Shown piece after piece: positions 25,585 through 32,000 of a DNA stretch of 32,000 nt (position 1 is its first letter; each line of letters starts with the position of its first letter). Location: contig JAODNN010000049.1 of assembly GCA_025465355.1 (NCBI GenBank), positions 54,762 through 86,761 on the forward strand, in the 5' to 3' direction. Both the position numbers and the translations under genes were made by a program. Under the pieces are notes generated by a model. The model was not told the DNA's origin. It did not search any database and saw only the letters and a list, made by a program, of their open reading frames with translations. This stretch comes from Blastococcus sp. Its GTDB lineage: Bacteria > Actinomycetota > Actinomycetes > Mycobacteriales > Geodermatophilaceae.

Positions 25585-26228
25585 GAGCGCTCCCCCGCCG
25601 AAGCCTGTGCCAGCAGCGTCGTCACGGCGTCGTCCCAGCTGGTCAGTCCCCGGACGTGCCGGTAGTGCGCGAGGGCGTCCACCGTGTCGCGGTGCATCCG
25701 CAGCCACTCCGTACCCGGGAAGTTCGTCTCCATGAGGTCCCGCCACACCGCGACCGGCATCCGGTACCGGGCCTCGGCGTCCCAGGGCACCTGCGTGACG
25801 GAGAAGCCTGTCCTCCCACGGCTGAACACGGTGCCGCTGAACAGGAAGAGCAACGGGATCTCGCCGTCCCTCAGGGCGTGCAGGTACGTCGTGCCCGACA
25901 CCTCGAAGTCGTAGGTGCACGGGATCGGCAGGTCGAACTCGGTCGATCCGGTGAACCCTTGGGCCACGGTCGAGGCGTGCAGCCACGCGAACGGCCTGAG
26001 GGTCTGGGCGAAGCGGGTCCGGTCGCCGAACAGGTCGAGCAGCGCCTGTTCCTCGGTGTCGTCGTAGCGGCGGCGCTGCGGCTCGATCCGGATCTGCGCC
26101 CGCAGGGCCAGGGCGTGCACCGCCTCTCCGCCGGCTTCCTCCACCCGGAGTCTGGCCAGGAGGGTGGGCGCGACGGAGTACGGCTCGGGTGCGACGCCGA
26201 CGACGGTGAACGACAGCTCGGGGGTCAT
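25581..26228 (-). CDS. Conserved hypothetical protein, 215 aa (recalled as DUF6084-like; unverified)
   Basis: In the frame of track ORF 25581..26789. The ATG at 26228 overlaps the upstream TGA (ATGA). It begins MTPELSFTVVGVAPEPYSVAPTLLARLRVEE. Confidence 0.7.
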   Translation of the reverse strand: MTPELSFTVVGVAPEPYSVAPTLLARLRVEEAGGEAVHALALRAQIRIEPQRRRYDDTEEQALLDLFGDRTRFAQTLRPFAWLHASTVAQGFTGSTEFDLPIPCTYDFEVSGTTYLHALRDGEIPLLFLFSGTVFSRGRTGFSVTQVPWDAEARYRMPVAVWRDLMETNFPGTEWLRMHRDTVDALAHYRHVRGLTSWDDAVTTLLAQASAGERS

Positions 26229-26887
26229 GGCCCCACCCCGCCGCCGACCGGAACGCTGCGCGCCGCCAGGTCGGCGAAGAACCCGTCGAGCAGCTCCCGC
26301 GCCTCCTGGCCGCCGTCGAAACCGCGCCAGGCGAGCCGGAGCGCCCCGACCAGCTCGTAACAGCGGTCGATCGGCACCAGGTGGCACGCCGCGGGGGCGC
26401 CCCTCCCGTCCGGCATCCGGACGATCCACGCCTCGACGTCGGGAGCCAGCGTCCCCAGCACCGGGTTGGCGGCGACGATGGAATCCCACACGCCCAGCGG
26501 CAGCTCGGACTCCGTGGCCCCGGCGGGTCCGGGATAGAAGGCAACGGTCCGCCCCAGCACCGAGTTCACGAAGAAGAACGCCAGCCCGACCGGTATCTCC
26601 AGCTCGTCCCACTGGCCGGGGGAGAACGGCACGCCGGGAAAGGACAGGTAGCGGTCGGGCACCGCCCGGTACCTCAGTTCGGCGTCGCCGGCGGTGAAGA
26701 GCAGGTAGCAGGGGCGGCACGTGCACATCAGGCCGCGCCCGACGACGTCGACGACGTGCTGGTGCTGCTCGGCGATGTCCTCGGCGCACATCTCGCAGCG
26801 CTCCCGGGCGCTGGGCACCGGCCGCGAGGCCCGCACCCGCGCGAGCACCTCCAGCGGGTTGACCGGTCCGGACCGCGCGGCGGTCAT
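26225..26887 (-). CDS. Conserved hypothetical Cys-motif protein, 220 aa (recalled as DUF5947-like; unverified)
   Basis: The ATG at 26887 overlaps the hhyE TGA (ATGA). The N-terminal segment CEMCAEDIAEQHQHVVDVVGRGLMCTCRPC contains CxxC plus CxCxxC. Confidence 0.7.
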   Translation of the reverse strand: MTAARSGPVNPLEVLARVRASRPVPSARERCEMCAEDIAEQHQHVVDVVGRGLMCTCRPCYLLFTAGDAELRYRAVPDRYLSFPGVPFSPGQWDELEIPVGLAFFFVNSVLGRTVAFYPGPAGATESELPLGVWDSIVAANPVLGTLAPDVEAWIVRMPDGRGAPAACHLVPIDRCYELVGALRLAWRGFDGGQEARELLDGFFADLAARSVPVGGGVGP

Positions 26888-27810
26888 GCGCTCACGGCCC
26901 CCGGCAGGGCCACCGTGACCACGCCGTCGGTGACCAGCAGCGGAACGGGGTCGAGGTGGTCGCCGGTCCCGTCGAGCCCCCGGCCGGCCTGCCGGACGTC
27001 GAAGTGCGCGGAGCAGGTCCGACAGGTCAGGACGGCGTCACCGGGCCGCCCGCCCAGGCGCCGCGCGAGAACGCCGTCGGCGAGGCCCCCGCCGCACACC
27101 GGGCAGCGGTCCAGGTAGGCGAACAGGTCTGAACCGACACGGGCGCCGACGAGGGCCGTGCCGTCGACCGAGAACGTGCCGAGCTGACCCGGCGCCAGCC
27201 CGTCGAGCCCGTCGACCGTCGTCCACCCGCTCGGGGCAGCGGCGCGTGCGGGCGCGGCGCCTCCTTCGAGGCGCGAACGGAGCGCCGTCACCGGGATGAC
27301 CGAGCCGGTTCGCGGGGCCGGCGCGGCCTCCTCCACCTCGATCCCGTTCACCTCGGGCGCGGCCGCCTGGATCGCGGCCTCGACCGCGAACGTGAGGGTG
27401 ACCGAGGAGGAGGGACACCCGTCGCAGCTGCCCAGCATTCGCAGGCGCACCACACCCTCCCCGGTCACGCCGAGGAGCTCGACATCACCACCGTGCGAGC
27501 CGAGGTAGGGCCGGACGCCGTCCAGGGCGCGCGCCACCCGCGTCTCGACCGCGTCGGGATGCAGCCCGTGCACGGCGAGGATGCCGGCGACGAGGGCGTC
27601 CCCGGCGAGCCGGTCCAGCAGGACGTCGTCGAGCCGGCCGCATTCGTCCACGATCTCCAGCAGCCGCTCCACGCCGGCGCCGTAGAGGTCCACCACGAGC
27701 CGCACCAGTTCCTCGGCCCGCTCGCGCGCCACCCGGCCCCCGGTAGACGCCGCCTCGAGCAGCACTTCGATGCGTTCCCCGGTGGCCTGGAGATCGGGTT
27801 CCGACGTCAT
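26884..27810 (-). CDS. hhyE: NifU-like / Rieske-fold-like iron-sulfur protein of group 1h hydrogenase loci (HhyE-type)
   Basis: Track ORF 26884..27930, ATG at 27810. The NifU C-terminal-type domain reads VRPYLGSHGGDVELLGV..GVVRLRMLGSCDGCPSSSVTL. The C-terminal segment FAYLDRCPVCGGGL...LTCRTCSAHFDVRQAG has Rieske-like topology. Confidence 0.75.
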   Translation of the reverse strand: MTSEPDLQATGERIEVLLEAASTGGRVARERAEELVRLVVDLYGAGVERLLEIVDECGRLDDVLLDRLAGDALVAGILAVHGLHPDAVETRVARALDGVRPYLGSHGGDVELLGVTGEGVVRLRMLGSCDGCPSSSVTLTFAVEAAIQAAAPEVNGIEVEEAAPAPRTGSVIPVTALRSRLEGGAAPARAAAPSGWTTVDGLDGLAPGQLGTFSVDGTALVGARVGSDLFAYLDRCPVCGGGLADGVLARRLGGRPGDAVLTCRTCSAHFDVRQAGRGLDGTGDHLDPVPLLVTDGVVTVALPGAVSA

Positions 27811-27848
27811 GGCCCTCGCCTCATGGACCTCGCCTTCCTCGCCGGCCG

Positions 27849-29639
27849 TCACTCGCCGGTGACCGACTGGGTGGGCGAGTGGGTCACCTCCAGGGTCTTC
27901 CCGTTCCCGAGGTACATGTGCACACCGCACGGCAGACAGGGGTCGAAGCTGCGCACCGTGCGCATGATGTCGATGCCCTTGAAGTGCTCGCGGTCGTTCT
28001 CCTCGAAGATCGGCTGCCCCTGAACCGCGTCCTCATAGGGGCCCGGCGTGCCGTAGCTGTCCCGCGGGCTCGCGTTCCACGGCGTCGGCGGGTAGGGGTG
28101 GTAGTTCGCGATCTTGCCGTCCCGGATGACCATGTGGTGGCTGAGCACTCCGCGGACGGCCTCGGTGAATCCGCAGCCGATGCCCTCGTCGGGAACCTCG
28201 AAGGACTCCCACGTCTTGGTCCGACCGGCCTTGATCTCGGTCAGCGCCTTCTCCGCGAAGTGCAGCGCGCACGCGGCCGCGTAGGCCTGGAAGTAGGTGC
28301 GCGCCCGGTTGCGCTCGATCGTGTTGCTCCACTGCGGGATTTTCCACTCGAAGCTCACCGGGCCCTTGAGCGCCGTCTTGGGCAGGTTGATCTGCACGCT
28401 GCTGCCGGTGGCCTTGACGTAGCCGATGTCGACCAGGTTCGCCAGCGCCGTCGACCAGAGCCGGGCCAGCGGCCCACCACCGGTGTCGAGGGCCAGATAG
28501 TCCTGCCCGTCGTACCACCGCGGGCTCATCACCCAGGTGTACTTCTCGTCGAGGTCGCGCTTCTGCGGCCGCGGGTTGGTGTGCTGGTTCCACGGGTGGC
28601 GGACATCGACGGGATTGCCGAGGGGATCGCGCGTGACGAAGACCTCCTGGCCGACCCAGTCCTCGTAGTACGAGGAGCCGAGCAGGATGCGGATGCCGAG
28701 GTTGATCTTCACCAGGTCGGTGGTGATCAGCTTGCCGTCGACGACGACGCCGGGGGTCACGTACATCTTGCGACCCCACTGGGTCATGTCCCGGTAGTCG
28801 AAGTTGCAGTACTCCGGGTCCTGGAAGGACCCCCAGCAGCCCAGAAGGATCCGTCGGTTGCCGACCTGCTCGTATCCGGGGAGCGCCACGTAGAAGAAGT
28901 CGAAGAGGTCGTCGTGCATCGGCACGACCTTCTTCATGAACTCGACGTAGCGCATGAGCCGGGTCAGGTAGTCGGTCATGAGCTGGATGGTCGCCACGGT
29001 GCCCACGCCGCCCGGATACAGCGTCGAGGGGTGGACGTGCCGCCCCTCCATGAGGCAGAACATCTCGCGGGTCAGGCGGCTGACCTGCAGGGCCTCGCGG
29101 TAGAACTCGCCGGTGAACGGGTTCAGCGACCGCATGATGTCGCCGATCGTCCGGTACCCGTGGGCCTCGGCGTGCGGGGCCTCGGTCCGGTTGGCCTGCT
29201 CCAGCACGCGGGGATTGGTCTCGGCGACCATCTTCTCGCAGTAGTCGACCCCCACCAGGTTCTCCTGGAAGATGTTGTGGTCGAACATGTACTCGGCCGC
29301 CTCGCCGAGGTTGACGATCCACTCCCCCAGGTGCGGCGGCTTCACGCCGTAGGCCATGTTCTGCGCGTAGCAGGAGCAGGTGGCGTGGTTGTCCCCGCAG
29401 ATCCCGCAGATGCGGCTGGTGATGAAGTGCGCGTCGCGGGGGTCCTTGCCCTTCATGAAGATCGAGTAGCCACGGAAGATCGACGACGTGCTCTTGCACT
29501 CGACGACCTCCCGGGCATCGAAGTCGATCTTGGTGTAGATGCCCAGGCTGCCCACGATCCGGGTGATCGGGTCCCAGGCCATGTCGACCAGGTTGCCGGT
29601 GGGTGTGGAACCGGTCCTGCGGGTTTCGGTCGCGGTCAT
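27849..29639 (-). CDS. hhyL: [NiFe]-hydrogenase large subunit, group 1h/5 (high-affinity, actinobacterial type)
   Basis: The 596-aa product carries the N-terminal Ni-binding motif TSRICGICGDNH and the C-terminal SFDPCLPCGVH. A 22-aa tail (MYLGNGKTLEVTHSPTQSVTGE) follows, consistent with endopeptidase processing. Confidence 0.95.
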   Translation of the reverse strand: MTATETRRTGSTPTGNLVDMAWDPITRIVGSLGIYTKIDFDAREVVECKSTSSIFRGYSIFMKGKDPRDAHFITSRICGICGDNHATCSCYAQNMAYGVKPPHLGEWIVNLGEAAEYMFDHNIFQENLVGVDYCEKMVAETNPRVLEQANRTEAPHAEAHGYRTIGDIMRSLNPFTGEFYREALQVSRLTREMFCLMEGRHVHPSTLYPGGVGTVATIQLMTDYLTRLMRYVEFMKKVVPMHDDLFDFFYVALPGYEQVGNRRILLGCWGSFQDPEYCNFDYRDMTQWGRKMYVTPGVVVDGKLITTDLVKINLGIRILLGSSYYEDWVGQEVFVTRDPLGNPVDVRHPWNQHTNPRPQKRDLDEKYTWVMSPRWYDGQDYLALDTGGGPLARLWSTALANLVDIGYVKATGSSVQINLPKTALKGPVSFEWKIPQWSNTIERNRARTYFQAYAAACALHFAEKALTEIKAGRTKTWESFEVPDEGIGCGFTEAVRGVLSHHMVIRDGKIANYHPYPPTPWNASPRDSYGTPGPYEDAVQGQPIFEENDREHFKGIDIMRTVRSFDPCLPCGVHMYLGNGKTLEVTHSPTQSVTGE

Positions 29640-29649
29640 GGTGTGCTCC

Positions 29650-30747
29650 TCACCAGGTCCGGCTCGCGCCGGTCACGAGCTCGCGGCCCGGCCTGCGCCA
29701 CTTGGGTTCCTTGTCGACCGTGTGCGTCGTGATCGTGCGCAGCCGCCGGATCGCGGCGCCATAGGCGCCCACCGCCGTCGTCGAGAGCTTGCCGCCCGGC
29801 GGCTCGTCCATGAACGGCATGAACTTGTCGGGGAAGCCGGGCATCGTGCAGCCGATGCAGATGCCCCCGACGTTCGGACAGCCGCCCACGCCGTTGATCC
29901 AGCCGCGCTTGGGCACGTTGCACTTCACGACCGGGCCCCAGCAGCCGAGCTTGACGATGCACTTGGGCGAGCCGTACTCGGTCGCGAAGTCACCCTGCTC
30001 GTAGTAGCCGGCCCGGTCGCAGCCCTCGTGCACGGTGCGCCCGAACAACCAGGTCGGGCGGAGCGCCTCGTCCAGCGGGATCATCGGGGCCTGGTCGGTG
30101 GCCATGTACAGCAGGTACGTCAAGGTCTCCGACAGGTTGTCCGGCTGGATGGGACAGCCGGGGACGCACACGATCGGGATACCGGCCTTCGACTTCCAGT
30201 CCCAGCCCAGGTAGTCGGGCACGCCCATCGCGCCGGTGGGGTTACCTGCCATGGCGTGGATACCGCCGTAGGTGGCGCAGGTACCGGCGGCCACGATCGC
30301 CGTCGCCTTGGGGGCCAGCCGGTCGAGCCATTCACTGGTCGTCATCGGCTGCCCCGTCGCCGGGTCGTTGCCGAAGCCGCACCAGTAGCCCTCGTCCTTG
30401 ATCTTCTCGTTCGGGATGGATCCCTCGACCACGAGGACGAACGGTTCGAGCTCGCCCCGGTCGGCCTTGAAGAACCATTCGAGGAAGTCGTCAGCGCCCC
30501 CGTTGGGACCGCACTCGAAGTCGATCAGCGGCCAGTGGACGGCGACTCGAGGCAACCCCGGGAGTGCGCCGAGGGCGATCTCCTCGATGCTGGGCTGGGT
30601 GGCCGCGGTGAGGGCCACGGAGTCGCCGTCGCAGCTGAGTCCGGCGTTGATCCACAGCACGTGGATCAAGACATCCTCGGCCGCGCGGGCGGCCTCTCGA
30701 GTAGACGCGGACGACATTTCGCCACGCTTCCCGGGGTCCCTGCTCAC
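29650..30747 (-). CDS. hhyS: [NiFe]-hydrogenase small subunit, group 1h/5
   Basis: HVLWINAGLSCDGDSVALTAA...AAGTCATYGGI...VPGCP...GCDRAGYY...KLGCWGPVVKCNVP...CPNVGGICIGC are Fe-S cluster motifs. There is no twin-arginine signal. The start is uncertain: GTG at 30747 (longest ORF) or ATG at 30717. Confidence 0.9.
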   Translation of the reverse strand: MSRDPGKRGEMSSASTREAARAAEDVLIHVLWINAGLSCDGDSVALTAATQPSIEEIALGALPGLPRVAVHWPLIDFECGPNGGADDFLEWFFKADRGELEPFVLVVEGSIPNEKIKDEGYWCGFGNDPATGQPMTTSEWLDRLAPKATAIVAAGTCATYGGIHAMAGNPTGAMGVPDYLGWDWKSKAGIPIVCVPGCPIQPDNLSETLTYLLYMATDQAPMIPLDEALRPTWLFGRTVHEGCDRAGYYEQGDFATEYGSPKCIVKLGCWGPVVKCNVPKRGWINGVGGCPNVGGICIGCTMPGFPDKFMPFMDEPPGGKLSTTAVGAYGAAIRRLRTITTHTVDKEPKWRRPGRELVTGASRTW

Positions 30748-30814
30748 CCCTGGGGGCTGCGACCCCTGACCTCCGCTGGGACCGGATCTCGGTCTACTTG
30801 TGCGGGCTGAATCG

Positions 30815-30844
30815 TGACTACGCTCACACCGTTGCCGTTGTCAA
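30815..30844 (-). promoter_or_regulatory. Candidate promoter for hhyS-hhyL in the hypB-hhyS spacer
   Basis: On the minus strand: TTGACA (30844-30839), an 18-nt spacer, then TAGTCA (30820-30815). This sits in the least GC-rich patch of the 112-nt intergenic gap. The -10 element is imperfect. Confidence 0.3.
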
Positions 30845-30859
30845 CTCGTCAGCGCCCCC

Positions 30860-31615
30860 TCAGACCGCGGCAGGCTCACGCGTCAGTAGCCACTCACTCC
30901 ACGCGTCCATCCCCTCGCCCGTCGTCACCGACAGCGGAAGGATCCGGACCCCTGCGTTCACCGAGCGGCAGTGCGCGACGAGCTGCGCCAACTGCACGTC
31001 CACGTACGGCAGCAGGTCGATCTTGTTGATGACGACGACGTCGGCCACCGAGAACATGTACGGGTACTTGAGCGGCTTGTCCTCCCCCTCGGTGACCGAG
31101 ACGACGACGACCCTGGCGGCCTCCCCGAGGTCGAACAGGGCCGGGCACACGAGGTTCCCGACGTTCTCGACGAAGACCAGCGATCCCGGCGGCGGGGCGA
31201 GCTCGGTCAGACCCCTCGCCAGCATGTCGGCGTCCAGGTGGCAACCGGAGCCGGTGTTGATCTGCACGACGGGCACGCCGGTGCCGCGGATCTTGTCGGC
31301 GTCGATCCGCGTCTCCTGATCGCCCTCGATCACCGCGACCGGCCGGCTGGGCGCGAGCTCGGTGATGGTGCGGCGAAGCAGCGACGTCTTCCCCGAACCC
31401 GGCGAGCTCATCAGGTTCAGCGCGACGATGCCTCGCTCGGCCAGCCAGGCGCGGTTGTGACCGGCAAGGTGGTCGTTCTTGGCCAGCAGCGCCGTCTCGA
31501 TGTCGACGACGGCGGCAACCGGCTCGTGTGCGTGCGGGTGGCCCCGCGCATGGGGGTGGCCTGCCACCCCCTCCACCCGGACGTCGGACTCCCCGCACCC
31601 GCATGTTCCGCACAC
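30860..31615 (-). CDS. hypB: Hydrogenase nickel-incorporation GTPase HypB
   Basis: N-terminal MCGTCGCG (CxxCGC Ni site) and His-rich GHPHARGHPHAH. The G-domain reads SSPGSGKTSLL...ENVGNLVCPA...INKIDL. GTG start with GAGGTGG upstream. Confidence 0.95.
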   Translation of the reverse strand: MCGTCGCGESDVRVEGVAGHPHARGHPHAHEPVAAVVDIETALLAKNDHLAGHNRAWLAERGIVALNLMSSPGSGKTSLLRRTITELAPSRPVAVIEGDQETRIDADKIRGTGVPVVQINTGSGCHLDADMLARGLTELAPPPGSLVFVENVGNLVCPALFDLGEAARVVVVSVTEGEDKPLKYPYMFSVADVVVINKIDLLPYVDVQLAQLVAHCRSVNAGVRILPLSVTTGEGMDAWSEWLLTREPAAV

Positions 31616-31631
31616 GTGCGACCACCTCTTC

Positions 31632-31973
31632 TCAGCGGGCCGGCTCGGCGAGCACCACGGCGGCGACCGCCAGCTCCCGGCCGGCCACGACCTCGACGTC
31701 CGCGCTGCCGCAGGGGCACAGCAGGATCAGGTCGGCGAGCACGAACTCCTCGCCACAGGAACGGCAGCGGGCCCGGCCCTCCGGCTGCTCGAACTCGAGT
31801 GTCGCGCCTTCGAGTGGGGTTCCCGCCGTCACCAGCTCGAAGCAGAACCGCATCGCGTCGGGCACCACGCCGGCCAGCCGGCCGACCCGCAGCCGGACGC
31901 TGGCCACGGGCGCATCCCCCGTGCGCTCGGTGACCGCGTCGACCACGCCCTGGGTGATCCCGAGTTCGTGCAT
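31632..31973 (-). CDS. hypA: Hydrogenase nickel metallochaperone HypA
   Basis: MHELGITQGVVDAV carries the MHE Ni-binding N-terminus. The zinc site is CRSCGEEF...CPCGS. The product is 113 aa. Confidence 0.9.
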   Translation of the reverse strand: MHELGITQGVVDAVTERTGDAPVASVRLRVGRLAGVVPDAMRFCFELVTAGTPLEGATLEFEQPEGRARCRSCGEEFVLADLILLCPCGSADVEVVAGRELAVAAVVLAEPAR

Positions 31974-32000
31974 CGCGCTCCCGCCGTCCGACCCCGGAAC

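Noticed and set aside
29650-30747. Possible Tat signal on the hydrogenase small subunit
   Set aside because: The N-terminus (MSRDPGKRGEMSSASTREAARAAEDVLIHVLW) has no RRxF(L/I)K motif or hydrophobic h-region. This is consistent with the signal-less group 1h small subunits.
29539-30810. 423-aa plus-strand ORF opposite hhyS
   Set aside because: This is a shadow ORF antisense to the small-subunit gene, with a low-complexity R/G/A/P-rich translation.
1-32000. Looked for CRISPR-like spaced repeats, long tandem repeats, IS or transposase ends, integrases, tRNA/rRNA-like segments and sharp compositional islands
   Set aside because: None was seen by eye. The only lower-GC patches are short intergenic promoters (about 16340-16370 and 30800-30845). 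There is no evidence of a mobile element boundary.

Overview
This is a very GC-rich, actinobacterial-type window: codon position 3 is almost all G/C, GTG starts are frequent, and many neighbouring genes overlap by 4 nt. I saw no rRNA, tRNA, CRISPR array, transposase or integrase.

Gene order:
- 1-3688: a truncated family III CoA-transferase, divergent from an amidohydrolase and an IclR regulator.
- 3824-8770: stand-alone genes. These are an eRF1-like (baeRF) protein, a DDN-type deazaflavin (F420) oxidoreductase, a DUF2267 protein, an SMP-30/gluconolactonase, an alpha/beta hydrolase and an aldo/keto reductase.
- 8949-12053: a decayed LacI-family remnant fused onto an intact lutABC (ykgEFG-type) lactate-utilisation operon.
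- 12085-14894: a TetR + MMPL transporter pair.
- 15025-16215: an isolated class I xylose isomerase.
- 16421-18312: an orphan ParA ATPase with a translationally coupled small basic ORF, followed by a hypothetical gene.
- 18374-22004: an Fbp/ThiP-type ABC importer (lipoprotein SBP, fused permease, ATPase).
- 22020-31973, minus strand: a 14-gene group 1h (formerly group 5, high-affinity/actinobacterial) [NiFe]-hydrogenase locus. The order is hypA, hypB, hhyS, hhyL, a NifU-like/Rieske-like hhyE, five uncharacterised ORFs plus a 39-aa membrane micro-ORF, the hupD-type protease, hypC and one more uncharacterised ORF.

The most interesting content is the block of function-unknown genes inside the hydrogenase locus (22020-27810). 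It has four consecutive ATGA start/stop overlaps, Cys-rich motifs, a single-TM micro-protein and two tandem acidic disordered ORFs. Second is an eRF1-like protein whose GGQ position reads GGR. All family assignments come from reading the translations and recalling motifs; no database search was run.
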